In this document: positions 33,690-47,733 of the stretch, piece by piece
Position numbering within the stretch: position 1 is the stretch's first letter
How the letters are laid out: each line of letters starts with the position of its first letter
NCBI GenBank assembly: GCA_003427395.1
Contig: BFEA01000037.1
Span: 3,309,877 to 3,373,842, forward strand
DNA length: 63,966 nucleotides
Source of the DNA: Chara braunii
Taxonomy: Eukaryota > Plantae > Charophyceae
Direction of reading: 5' to 3'
The notes under the pieces: model-generated
Database searches by the model: none
What the model was told of the DNA's origin: nothing
The model's input: only the letters and a program-made list of their open reading frames with translations
Translations under genes and position numbers: made by a program

Positions 33690-36600
33690 ACGACAAGGAG
33701 GAACACTTGGACCGGGCCTTGGCAGGCAATGCGCGAGAGGTTGACCACACAGATAATTAAACTAAACCAACATGTAAGAACAACATGACCACCCAGACAC
33801 TTCATGACAGCATATCTTCCCCAGATGGTAAACAGGCCCAAACACTACATGCTGAAGCCAAAGGAGCCTGAACTATCAGTGATGTTATGGAATGTTAACG
33901 GGTTAGCCACAATACTAGCCAACCTAGAGAAATGGGATAATATGACCAATTATCTAAAATGGTTTTCTAAGAACCCTCCAGACGTAGTATGTCTACAAGA
34001 AACCCATCTCACCGACTTCCCAAAACACAAAGCAATAATCAGGAAGATACTTCTAAGATTAAAATACGTGCGAGCAGCAGTTTGGGCCCCGACCCCAAGA
34101 GCAGGCTCCGCGGGTACCGCCATCCTTTGGCACAACAACTCAAGAGCGGCCAAATTGTTACAACTAGGACCCAACAGAACAGACCTAGAACATGGCCGGT
34201 GGATAGAAACAACCTTCATCTTTAAGGAAGAATCTCTTCAACTCATAAACGCCTACGCCCCGAACGATTCAGCCCAAAGACAACACTTTATCTAGAGCAT
34301 AACAACAATATGCAGTATCCAAAATCATATAATACTGGTCGGAGATTGGAACACAACCCTGGACCCATCCAGTGACAAGCTGTCATGCTCTCAAAGAGGA
34401 AGGGAAAACCAAGTCCAAACAGAAGCCTAGGCAATGCACAAGTTAATAATAGAAAGAAATCTACTTGAACCCCTTAGAACACTCCACCCAGAGGAAAACA
34501 GATTCACTTACAGGAAAAAAAATAGAACCCAACACGTCACCAACTCAGCCATAGACTTCTTCTTGATATCTGAATCCCTCAGAGGCGCCATATTAAAAGT
34601 AGGCATAGGAAAACTACCCTATCATAACGGATTAGATCACATCCCAATCTTCATAGACTTAATATTTGATCCGGGTGTACAAAAAGGGCCAGGCTTTTTC
34701 AAGATCAACAACTCTATTCTCCACACCCGCGAAATGAAACAGGCCATAGCACAAGCCTGCATTGATTCCGAATGAGCAGGAACAGACTTCCCAACCCTAA
34801 CTTCTAACCTATCAAACGCAACATCTGCAGCATCAGGGAAGTTAGCAGCAAAAAGAAATCAGAGAATCAAAGAGCTAGAAGCAGCGGTCATATCGTGGAA
34901 TCCAATCTATGGAACAACCCTGGATCCACAGACTATGAAGACCTACTAACTAGGGCCAGAACAAAACTAGCCAGCTGGAATGCTTGGAAAGCAAATGGCA
35001 TGCGACTCAGGTCCACATTAACGAAATGGGAAAAAGGTGAGAAAATGACAAAATTCTTCTTTCAGAAAATCAAGGCATGAGGAAGAAACTCAACCATTAG
35101 TCAGCTTAGAGCGGAGGAAGGCCCAACTTCTAACCCACTGAAAATGCTCTCCATAGTTGAATCCTTCTACAAAGAATTATATGCCTCCAAGACAGAATCG
35201 CTCACCCCTAGGGTAATCCTTCAAGCCAAAGAAAAGTTCACCAAGTACTTAGACAAAACCATTACACACAACATGGCAGAAGAACTAGACCAACCAATCA
35301 CAAACGAAGAAATTAAAAAAACCCTAGATTCCATGAAGTCAGATAAAACACCAGGTATAGATGGGCTCTCAAAAGAATTCTGGTAAGTCTACTGGCCACT
35401 CTTAGGAGATGAATACTGCCACTTCGTAAGAAAAGCATGGAACAAGGAAAGCCTAGGACCAGAACTTAGCACCGGTATAGTCACACTACTCTACAAGAAG
35501 GGCGACCCAACAGACATCAGGAACTATAGGCCTATCACTCTACTAACAGTAACTTACAAGATTTTGGCAAAACTTCTAGCCAACAGGATCAGAAAGATCA
35601 CCAAAAATTGCTTTCACATAGATCAAACAGGTTTCATTCCAGGACGTTTCATCCTAGACAATGTGATGTCACTAGCAGAATCAGTCAGATTTATCCAGAA
35701 TAAACAATTGAATGCAGCAATCCTTTTTTTTTATTTTGAAAAAGCATATGACCAAGTCAATTGGAACTTCCTACAAAAGTGTATAAAAACAATGGGAGTA
35801 AAACCAAACTTCAGAAAGTGGGTGAGAGTTTTATACAACGACGCGATGGGAGCAGTTCAAGTCAACGGGCACATCTCCAACAAATACAAAATGTCCCGAT
35901 CAGTAAGACAAGCAGACCCGCTGGCTGCGCCAATCTTTCTCTTTATCATGGAGGCCATAGCATCCTTCTTAAGAAAAGACCCTTCCATCCACAGACTTAC
36001 CGAACAAGCTGGACCAAACTCTCATAAATACCACATACCGCCCACAATTTTGTTTGCCGACTACCTAACAGTGCTGATAAGAGCATCCTCCTCATCCTTC
36101 GAAGCTCTAACCAGAGCAATGTGTGCTTTCCAATTAGCCTCTGAAATGCGCATTAACTGGGAGAAGACGGTTGGCTGGTGGTTAACGGAGGAAGGCATTG
36201 ACCCACCCAGAGACACACCAGAAGGTATGATATGGGCAAACCCCAACGACCCACTAAGAGTACTAGGAATACAGATGTCCATTCAGGGGGCAGCAGCAGA
36301 AATGGCTCCCAGCCTGCTAGCCAAAATGACCAGCANACTTAACGATTGGGGGAGAATACACACCTCACTACACGGAAGGGCATTAGTATTAAATGCATCT
36401 ATTTACTCGATGATGTGGTATGTAGCAGCATTTTGGACACCAGATCAAAGAGCCTTAAAGGATTTACAAAAGAAAGCAACAACTTATCTNTGGACAGGAG
36501 ACGCATCAAAACAGAACTTTATCACAAAAGTAGCCTGGCAATACGTAANAAGAAAGAAGAGCNAAGGGGGATTAGGAGTCCTAGACCCAGCTAACCAAAT

Positions 36601-39233
36601 AAAAGCTCTTCAAACTAAGTGGATTATAAAGCTATTAACGAGTCCTAACCTACCGTGGAGAGCCCTGACACTTGAAGGGGTACAGCAGATTCCAGCATTC
36701 AAGACACNAGAAAACATGGAAGGTACGTTCTGGATAATTAGTAAATCTTGGACTATGAAAAACAAGTCCCAAAACGAACCAAGATTGAACTTTTGGAAAG
36801 AGATATTGAAGGCATGGCNAGAAATCTTCCCAGCAAAAGTAAGGAAACCATCAAGCAAAGAAGAAATCCTTAGACAACCCCTCTTCTGTAACCCCTGGAT
36901 AACCAGCATTGAAAGCACACCCTTCACCCTCACCTCAAAAAACACAAGATGGGGCACTTGGTTAGAGAAGGGCATTTGGCAAATCAAACACATCTGGGAT
37001 GACTCAGAAAAAAATTGGCTCTCAGTCAGACGGCTTAGAAAAAAGCTCAAGGGAAACCACAACCTAGCTCAAAACCTCCAGCAGATAATAAAGGTCATCC
37101 CGGTGGAGTGGCAAACAATTCTTAAAGGGGACAAACAGTGGTCAGAAGGAGACTTGGCGGTCATAACATTCATAAATCCGATTGAACATGAGCTTGCGTT
37201 TATAGGAAAGGAAGACGGTAGAAACAACTGGCTCATTTTCTCCATGCACAAGCTAGAGGAACCACGCGCAGATTACGGCAAACTAAACAAAGAATCAGTA
37301 GCACAAGTCGCAGTCAAGGAAATTAATCTCAGAAAAGTCAGAGCAATAGAAAACGAAGACCTCACCTTATTCCACCCCCAAACTACCATAGAACATCTAG
37401 AATTCGACCCTTCAGAATGGGCATGGAAATTAAAACAATCCACAATAAGTATAGACCGAAGAATCAACCTGATCAATTACACCACCAGTCTAGGCTATAA
37501 ACTAAGGCGCAGATCAACAGCCCCAGAAACAATCATAGCAGATCACTGGAATAGACACCTAGGGATAGACACAAAAATATTAAAAGAAATACCTTGGAAC
37601 CAAATAGCTACTTTACACCCCCCCAAATTCAAAAGTTTACAATGGCTAATTTTGTACTTAGCCATCCCACTCAACCAATGGTTAAACAATAGAAGAAAGA
37701 ACGAAGACATAAACCCCTTAAATGAACTATGTGCCAACTGCACAGAAGGATAGATAGAAGACTTGTTTCACTGCTTCCTGTTATGCCCCAAGATACAACC
37801 AATATGGAACAGGATCACACAGATTTGGACCTCAATTACCAACACAAAACTCACATCAAACCCTACCCTTCTTCTATTGGGATTCAACCCCCCCGAAGAC
37901 TGGCCCCCCTTCCAAAACAACCTATTCCAAATCCTACGCAAGGCAACAATATGGCCAATCTGGAGGAAACGTTGTCAAGAAACTATAGACAAACAACCAA
38001 TGCATGTGCAAGAAGCATGGGGTATCCTCAAACAGCAAGTAGAAACGGAATATTGGGTGCTATGGCGCAAAGTCAAAAGAAAGATGAAAGCCAACGAGCC
38101 CAAAGCCAAGGATTCTCAAACCAAATTCGAGGAGAACTATTTGGACAATGGCAAGATAGCAATCATCAAGGGGCAAAGCCTAATCTTTAAAATGTGGAAT
38201 TATCTAGCACAGACTAACAACCCAGAGCCAGAACCAATGAACAACACACCAGACTCAATCAGCATCCAAATTAGCTCCTTCTAACCCACCTCAGCTTACC
38301 ACAACTAAGGCATATGTGAATACCCCAATATCTCCAACAACAACAACAACTAAAGACGGACATGGTTAACAGACGTTATGAAAAATTTCCAACCTCCACA
38401 GACATCACCTCCGACAAAAGCAAACACACCACTGCATCATCCTTCACAATCCCTTCATCCCCCTCGCAACTGTCTCACTTCTAGCCCTTCACCCTACAAT
38501 ACACCACACTGGTCCCGAACCACCCCCGCCGGACATGGCAACCCCCTCCTAAACACTATGGAAACCCAACCCCCCAAACTTAAACCCACAGACGCATACC
38601 CTACCCAACCCAACATTCTATTACTACTCACCCTACACACAGTTACCAGTAAGGCAGTAACAGTTAGTAAAGAGAGAAAATTCAGGATAAGGGTCACAAT
38701 CCACAAGGAGGGAAGTCACCACGTAGCAGACAAACTAGCTAAATAGGATAGGGTTTAGGGTTTTAGCACCCGGTAGAACTGGTTGAAGACATTATTAAAT
38801 TAGATAGTTTATGTTCTATAAACATTCATAAACAGCAGAAACTAGAAGAGGGAAGATATAGGGACAGGTAGTCCTAAACGGGAAGGACAGGTCAACAGTT
38901 CCAGTACCTAACGTGAATCAAACAGTCAAAGGATTGAGAGGAACAGGCGAAGAGGTGTCCTTTCCAAGCAATTCAATAGGTGCTAGCCACCAAACTAAAG
39001 TAAATAAGCTAACTCAGGCAGGGGTGGGGGCTGGTACATCCTTTTGGTGAGAAAAATGTCGGCCCTCGGACTTTCTTGCCGTAAAGGGGAAGAGTGTGTG
39101 TGAGTTTTTCATGTATTCCAGTCGACTTGCCGGTGGAGTAGGAACCGGACTGATGCCCCCCAGAATGGAAAAGGGGCCAGAACCATAAGGTTCTGCTTTA
39201 TGTTCAAAAAAAAAAAAAAAAAAAAAAAAAAAA
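33690..39233 (+). mobile_element. LINE-A': 5'-truncated relative of LINE-A (end of ORF1, disrupted ORF2, 3' UTR, poly(A))
   Basis: ORF2 fragments at 33804-38284 match LINE-A ORF2; shared 3' UTR and terminal hairpin CAGAACC-ataa-GGTTCTG; poly(A) runs into an N gap. Confidence 0.93.
33804..38284 (+). pseudogene. LINE-A' ORF2 (endonuclease, RT, zinc finger) with several stops
   Basis: Same endonuclease/RT/zinc-finger motifs as LINE-A; longest open segment 35564..37753. Confidence 0.92.
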
Positions 39234-39875
39234 NNNNNNNNNNNNNNNNNNNNNNNNNNNNNNNNNNNNNNNNNNNNNNNNNNNNNNNNNNNNNNNNNNN
39301 NNNNNNNNNNNNNNNNNNNNNNNNNNNNNNNNNNNNNNNNNNNNNNNNNNNNNNNNNNNNNNNNNNNNNNNNNNNNNNNNNNNNNNNNNNNNNNNNNNNN
39401 NNNNNNNNNNNNNNNNNNNNNNNNNNNNNNNNNNNNNNNNNNNNNNNNNNNNNNNNNNNNNNNNNNNNNNNNNNNNNNNNNNNNNNNNNNNNNNNNNNNN
39501 NNNNNNNNNNNNNNNNNNNNNNNNNNNNNNNNNNNNNNNNNNNNNNNNNNNNNNNNNNNNNNNNNNNNNNNNNNNNNNNNNNNNNNNNNNNNNNNNNNNN
39601 NNNNNNNNNNNNNNNNNNNNNNNNNNNNNNNNNNNNNNNNNNNNNNNNNNNNNNNNNNNNNNNNNNNNNNNNNNNNNNNNNNNNNNNNNNNNNNNNNNNN
39701 NNNNNNNNNNNNNNNNNNNNNNNNNNNNNNNNNNNNNNNNNNNNNNNNNNNNNNNNNNNNNNNNNNNNNNNNNNNNNNNNNNNNNNNNNNNNNNNNNNNN
39801 NNNNNNNNNNNNNNNNNNNNNNNNNNNNNNNNNNNNNNNNNNNNNNNNNNNNNNNNNNNNNNNNNNNNGTGTCTA

Positions 39876-40200
<325 letters not shown>

Positions 40201-40315
40201 TCATTGATTGATCGAAACCTTTTTTTCTTTTCGCCGACACATACCTTACGACGTGTCACACACCCCCACTTCGACAAATTTGCGAAATGGGGGGGGGAAT
40301 ATTTTTCTTTTCACC

Positions 40316-42580
40316 CTCATAGGGGACCAAAATTGAACCCCCCCAAAAAATTTTATTTTTATTTTTTTTCGGTTCGTGGGCCTGGGGACACTTATGCGCT
40401 GCTGACTGCCGTTTTCGGAATTCCGAACTGACCTCCCTTTCGGCTGCCACGGCGCCACGCAGCCGCGCGACCGCGCGGACGCGTTCGCGGGGTTCCGGCC
40501 TAGGCCGTGGTCGCGGACTTGTCCGCGGATGGCCGCCGCCGAGGGGGATTCGTGGCATACACACCCACCCACCCACACATGATACTCACACGCACACACA
40601 CGCACTCGACTCTAGGACACTCTACGACACTCTACTCTACGACAATTTATTAGACTCTACTTCACGACACTCAACTTTGTGACACTCTACTGTATGTACT
40701 CTACCCTACTCTACGACACTTTTTTTTACGACACTCTACTGTACTTTACTCTACTGTACTCTACTCTACTCTATGACATTCTACTCTACGACAGCCTACT
40801 CTACTCTTGCTCCACGACACTCTACTCTAGGACACTCTACTCTACGACCACTCTACTCTACAACACTCTACTCTTTGACACTCTACGACACTCTACTTTA
40901 ATCTGTGACACTTTACGACACTCTTCGGTACTCCACTCCACTCTACTCCACTCTACTCTACGACACTCTACGACACTCTAATCTACGAAACTCTAAGACA
41001 CTCTACTATACTCTTCGCCACTTTATGGCACTCTATTCTACGACCCTCTACGACACTCTACAACACTCTACTCTATTTTATGAAACTCTACTCTACTCTA
41101 CTCTACAACACTCTACTGTACTCTACAAGACTCTACGACAATCTACAAAATTCTACTATACTCGACTCTACTCTACTCTACTCTACGCTACTCTCATAGG
41201 GGACCAAAATTGACCCTCCCATGATTTTTATTTTTATTTTTTTTTCGGTTTGTGGGCCTGGGGACACTTATGCGCCGCCGACTGCCGTTTTCGGAATTCC
41301 GAACTGACCTCCCTTTCGGCCGCCATGGCGCCACGCAGCAGCGCAGCCGCGCAGACGCGTCCGCGGGGTTCCGGCCTAGGCCGTGGCCGTGGACTTGTCC
41401 GCGGATGGCCACCGCCGAGGGGGATTCGTAGCATATACACCCACCCACCCACACATGATACTCACACACACACACACGCACCCGACTCTAGGACACTCTA
41501 CGACACTCTACTCTACGACAATTTATTAGAATCTACTTCACGGCACTCAACTTTGTGACACTCTACTGTACGTACTCTACCCTACTCTACAACACTTTTT
41601 TTTACGACACTCCACTCTCTACTCTACTCTATGACATTCTACTCTACGACAGCCTACTCTACTCTGCTCCACGACACTCTACTCTAGGACACTCTACTCT
41701 ACGACCACTCTACAACACTCTACTCTATGACACTCTACGACACTCTACTTTAATCTGTGACACTTTACGACACTCTTTGGTACTCCACTCCACTCTACTC
41801 CACTCTACTCTACGACACTCTACGACACTCTAATCTACGAAACTCTAAGACACTCTACTATACTCTACGCCACTTTATGGCACTCTAGTCTACGACCCTC
41901 TACGACACTCTACAACACTCTACTCTATTTTATGAAACTCTACTCTACTCTACTCTACAACACTCTACGAGACTCTACGACAATCTACAAAACTCTACTA
42001 TACTCGACTCGAGTCTACTCTACTCTACTCTACGACACTCTACTCTACTCTACTCTACTCTACTCTACGACATTCTACTCTACTCTACGTCACTCTAGTC
42101 GACTCTACTGTACTCTACTCTACTATACGACACTCTACTCAACTCAACGACACTCTACTCTACTATACTCCACCCTACGGCACTTTACGACACTCTACTC
42201 TACTCCACAATACTCTACTCCACTCTACTCTACTATACTATACTATACCCACTCTAAACTACTCTACCGTACTCTACTACACTCTACTCTACTCTAAGAC
42301 ACTCTACTTTACACTACGACACTCTACTCTACTCTACTCGACATGACGACACTCTACTCTACTCTACTTCACTCTATGATTGTCTTCGACACTCTATGAC
42401 ACTTGACTCGACTCTACTCTACTCTACTCTACTCTATGACACTTTACTCTACTTTGCGATACTCTACTCTATGATACTGTACTCTACTCTATGATAATCT
42501 ACTCTACTATACTTTGCGACACTTTATGACACTCTACGTCACTCTACTCTACTTCACTCTACTCTACGACACTCTTCTCC
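40316..42580. repeat. 877-bp tandem unit (GC-rich head plus CTCTA/CTCTACGACA satellite), two copies followed by extended satellite
   Basis: CTCATAGGGGACCAAAATTGA at 40316 and 41193; the long satellite explains the STLLY-repeat ORFs. Confidence 0.9.
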
Positions 42581-42783
42581 TATGTGTCCGATTTTCGATT
42601 CAACGCGGGTTCCGTGTTGAATTATTCAACATGGGTTGAATTCACGTCGAATCCTGTTTAAACGCGCGTTAGACACGAATAAACGGGGTCCGCAATTATT
42701 TTTTTCCTGGTCNAAANANAANAAAAANAAAAANNNGGGGGGGGGGGGGGGGTNTAATAGACTTGAATGAATAAAAAANAACA

Positions 42784-43440
42784 TAGTTGAGGATTAATCT
42801 CATAGCATACTACATTGCCTCAGCACAGTGTAGCCACGCATGGTCTCCACCATATCATAGATACATTGCCTCAGCACAATGTAGCCACCTATGGTCTCCA
42901 CCATACCACAAACCTTCTACCTCAATGCTGCTCAGTCTGTTTTTCGAGCTAACGCTCTCTCATACTTATACCCAAAAATATTGCGTAGCTCTCTTCGTCC
43001 CATGAGACGATGTGAGTCGCGCTACCTCCCGCTGTATTTCTAAAACTTATACAAATTAAAAATTTAAATTTTAAAGAAAAAAAATTAAAGGCAAAAATTC
43101 AACAAAAAGTATAATGAATGTAGACCGAAAAAACAAAAAACGAACATACATCTAGAAAAAAAACGTGTTGAAAAAACCTCTCGTCTCGTCGGTGAGTTAG
43201 GTTCCCGCTTAGTAGTAGGAAAACTTGATAGGAAGTAGAAAAAACCTTTTTTAATGTTGCCGCGCGGTGACTTCGTTGTCCGGTTATCCCAGGCATATCT
43301 TTGCAGATTTGTCCTGACTCCCAAGAATTTGGTCGTACCTCAGCACAACAAAACTCAGGAACAGTCCTGTGTAGCGGAGATCGTCATTGCTCCGAGCATA
43401 TCTCAGTGCATCTGCCCTTACTTTCGGAAAAAAAAGGGCG
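42784..43440 (+). repeat. ~660-bp dispersed repeat with an inverted copy at 51215-51878
   Basis: TAGTTGAGGATTAATCTC...GCATATCTCAGTGCATCT is the reverse complement of 51215-51878; internal ~47-bp tandem. Confidence 0.9.
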
Positions 43441-45428
43441 ACCTGGTCACCATATATCGTGGCGCAGTCGGTTCATCCGAGATGCTTTCTGAGTTTTTGA
43501 ATTTATGCATGGAGATAATGTCTGCAGGGTTGTCGAGAACAAACAACTTTGTTTCCAAGAATTCTGCGATATTTGAGTCGTGATTGGTCCAGACGCAGGT
43601 CTAGATGGTAGCAAAAGCTTATCTTTCCCATAACTGCAGTAGCATCTTGCTCATCATTCTTATATAAGCCGATAAGTAGGAGGTCGTCTACATATCGTTT
43701 CTCGTATAACGTCTTGGCGTCCTTCCCAAGGCTTCTCAGGAACTGGTTCTCTGCAAACATGCAGACCAGACACGCGAGAGGAGGACTTGCTTGGCCTCCC
43801 ATCGGTATACCTTTATCTTGTCTAAGAATTTGTTCGCATGATTTAAAAAAACAATGGGATAATATAAAAGAGACCAATTTCTCGAGGTCGGATAGGCGAA
43901 GTGATTTCCACCCTCCTTCTCCGACTGACTTTCTGAGAATAGCCCCTTTCCCCCGGGTTTTAACACGTACCCAGTATTTTCCTTTTTTCCTTGGTTCCGA
44001 GAAGATCCAGTATACAGACTTTCTTACTTCATCATGGGGAATTTTTTAGAACATTTCTTTAATATCATATGTTTGTATCATCAACTTCATGTTATCTTTC
44101 TGAGCTCTAGAGTTTACAGCAGATAAAAGGTCTTTCAAATCACATCCTGCCATTAGGTTAAAGTGTAGGGGTTTTGTACATTTTATGAGTAGATTTAGTA
44201 CTTTCACTAACATTTTGTTAGCATGCCTGACGGGGTACAAAAAGGAAGGACAAATGGGCCTCTTTTTATCGAGGTCCTTGTCTTTGCTCATGATGAAAGC
44301 ATTTTGCAGTTTACCTTTTTTGTCCCAGTTCGCGATTCTTCCCAACTTAAGTTCTGTGAACTCTGATTTCATTTTATGCAAAACTTCACTTTCAGTCAAA
44401 GCAATCTTACCAAAATCCATGTTGTCGTTGAATGTTGATCTCATACCAGCCAAGTACAAGGTAGGGCATTCAACCAAGGTTGCTCCATGGTTCCGATCCA
44501 GTGGCGAAAGGACCAGGCCTTTGAGCGCGTCTTTCAAACCTATTACATACTCACTAAGGACGGCCCCCATAGGGATAGGAGTAGTCCTTGCGAGTCTCAG
44601 AGGGGAGATCCTAAAAACATCAGTAATCCCAATTTTTTCTAGGACACGAGGAGCATTTTGACAATTCTTATTTATTTCCTGCACATCCATCATTCGCCCA
44701 GGAAAAGGAACATTCCGTGAGTTGTGAACGAAGGGTTCAATTCCGGGGATCTCATTCAATCTGACCCGAACATGCCCATCGATTTTGGGCAGTTGGAACC
44801 TGTGACAGACACATTCAGCTTCAGGGCTGGATGCATAGGTCATGTGGTTATGCAGCAAGTCAGCCATAGACTTGGCTTTAGTCCAGACTGTATGCATCTT
44901 GCATTGCAACAGGTCAGATAATCCTGGAGAATCCACTTTTTTAGCAATCCACTCACAAACCTCTTTCCTGACCATCTTCTTATTAATGCCAGGACTAAAA
45001 GGTAGCTTAACGACAATCCGTTGTCTTGGGTTTAAACCCAATTTCTTCCTTAACGATCGATTTGTCGTCCCCTTTTAGTATTGATCTTCTTCATGCATTT
45101 TAACATAACAAGCAATTCCTCAGAGCTTTTCTTACTCAAAATATTCTTCCTCTTCCAAGGTGCTCTTAACAAGGCTAGCACTTCAACTTTTCTTCGGTCG
45201 GATTCAGTTTTTGTTTTGATAAGACAGGTCAGTTCCCATAAACGGCCCAATTGTAGGACTTCTTTCATATCCCTCGGTAGCCAACATTTCCCATCCTCAT
45301 CCTTGAACTTCGATTCGCCAAAAATTAGCTTAATAAGTCTCCATGGAGTCATCCATCGATTACCCTGAAAACTTGCGATTTTTATGGGGCGATGTTTTCC
45401 CACAGAGTGATTAAGCAATTTTAGTAAA
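43441..45428 (-). mobile_element. PLE-2: Penelope-like RT fragment of a second family, truncated at both ends
   Basis: ECVCH...GHV, PLDRNHG, AFIMSKDKDLDKKRPICP, TYDIKEMF, QDKGIPMGGQASPPLA, RYVDDLL. Confidence 0.88.
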
Positions 45429-47727
45429 TGTTACGATCCTGGTCATTCCCAAAGTGAAAATTCACAATGAAAGACAATGCCACCCAATTGCGAAAGAAAT
45501 GAAAGCACTTGCAAAGAGATAGAGACCAGAGAAGAGAGAAAGAAGAAGAAGAAGAAGAAGAAGAAGAAGAAGAAGAAGAAGATGTACACCAGCAAGACCA
45601 ATGGCAAATCCCCCTTCTCTCTCCACCTTCCTCCTCCTCCTTCACTTCGCCAATCTTATTCTTCTCCCAATAATAANAATAACAATGAGTGGATGAACCA
45701 GAATCAATATCCGAAGTTCCTTCTTACTGTTGACTCAGCAACAACAACAACAAGTCCACCATAGCTATGGCTTCCCTCCTTCTTCCTCCTCTCACATGCC
45801 TAGGCTATGGCGGACTACTGAGGGTCCTGCCCTCCTGTCTAAAGGACAACCTAAAGCAGCTATGGCGCTGCACTCCTGTCCAAAGGACAACCCAAAGCAG
45901 CTATGCTGCTGCTGACTAAGCCGCCATGCCGGACTCTGCCTCGAGTTTCCTTGGTGCGGCACCACCCCAACCGGGGCCTTCTAGATGCAGCGCCCAACAA
46001 GGTGATGAAGATGGTGTCCACCATAGCCAGGTAGGTGCCTCGCCACTCTCCTCCTTCGCCCCCTTCTTCCTCCTCCTCAGGCTGGGCTGCTCGCCATAGC
46101 CAGGCTGAGCGCCCAGGCTGCCCTTTACCTCCAGGTAGCGCTGTACCAGCCCAGCGCTCCGCTCAGCAGCATGTCGCCAATCCTTGCATACCGCAAGTAC
46201 TACTTCACGCGCTAGTTTCTTACGTGGCCCTGCGTTATCTCCCGAGAATTGCCAGGATGAGGCATCGATAGGGATCAAGCCTTGTACATGATTTGAGAGG
46301 GAGGAGTCAGACGGCGGGGTCTTTCCGAATCGTCAAGATCATCAAGCTTCGCTATTGAGATCAAATGTACGACCGCAAACACTGGCTATTGAATGTGAGA
46401 GGTTCAAGGGCTCCTGCAGAAATGCCAAGTAATTCACATCTCTCCTACCGAGAAATCATTGCTTCTGATAAGAGGTTGCCTCTCATGACGTGTGGCTGAG
46501 CGCGTTCGCATGGGATGACGTCATCTGACACATGGACTCAGTCAGTTCTGCCAGTGCGCGCTAACTCGACTCATGTGTGATAAGACGGGAGAAAGCAAAC
46601 CAGCTAGTTACCATCAGCACGTACTTGGGAGAGAAAACCAGATTTCCATCCCCTAGGCGTTGCATGTAGATAGGAATGGTGTCGATCGTGCTAAGCTCCT
46701 GGCTTTCTATTGAAACAAGGGTGTTGTATACCTTTTCATTCTCACGAAAAGGGAGGGAGTAAGATCACATTTGAATCGGTATTGGGTGTTGAGCTTTGAT
46801 CAGTCACTTTTATGCTATCTCTTCTGATAACGTGTCCGTTTGGTCGTGCCGTCAGAATCACATGATTAGAATAATGCGAACGCTGGCTCAAGTTTATTGA
46901 CAGATCGTCGCGAGCAAGTAGCCATGCAGTCTTGGAACGAAATGTTGGGTTCGAACTTAGCGGTATTCGTCATTAGGACTTGAACCTTATGCAACAATGC
47001 TGGTAAGTTAAGTCCCCGTCGTCCAGCCCCTTTGTTCAGACGTTTGATTCAATATGATGAATAGAATATGACCCCTTTCGAAGGGAGGGTTAGATCAACT
47101 GTTGGTTGGCAAACAGGGTTGAACCAACGGGAGCAGAGGGCTCAACTTTCACCCCTTTTCCCTAGGGCTTTCCCGTGTGATGGAGTACTGTTCATGCACT
47201 CGCCTCGTGATCTAAACCTACTAAATCAATCCTGACGAACCTCTCAGCACTTCCTGGTTGGGGAACGCTAACTGAACTCACGCCCGTTGATCTTCCTGTA
47301 ATGAGTGGGAGTGTAAAGGTTGGTAATAGTGAAAAGATAGTAGACATGAACTCGAGTGAAAACTGGGGATTGTATGATAAATGAGTCGGTTTTCCCAGTT
47401 CCCTTTTCTGATGAGCAAGCTAAGATTACTGAGAACAGTGGCATATCTTTTGGTCAAATACCTGATCGAGGTTTCGACTCAGAGGCATGAATTGTGTTAG
47501 TCCTATGTAAGTTTCTTTGAGACACCCTACTGTACTGGTGACCATACTGACTGTGATCTAGAATTCCATGTCTATTATGCTTGAACTTGAAGAGGACTAA
47601 TTACCAGAAGTCACTCTCAGGATCAGTCAGTTACTGGTCATTTATCGATCTTTTTCCTGCTACCTATTAAGAAGGGTACATTTCTGGCCAGTGTTTACGG
47701 AATGTCGTTCAACTCGGGGGACTGACA
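45429..47727 (-). mobile_element. Gypsy LTR-derived segment (partial or recombinant solo LTR)
   Basis: 45429-46196 is homologous to 58872-59625 (starts TGTTACGATCC). The remainder is unrelated and ends ...GGGGGACTGACA; no TSD; right boundary uncertain. Confidence 0.6.
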
Positions 47728-47733
47728 AGATCA

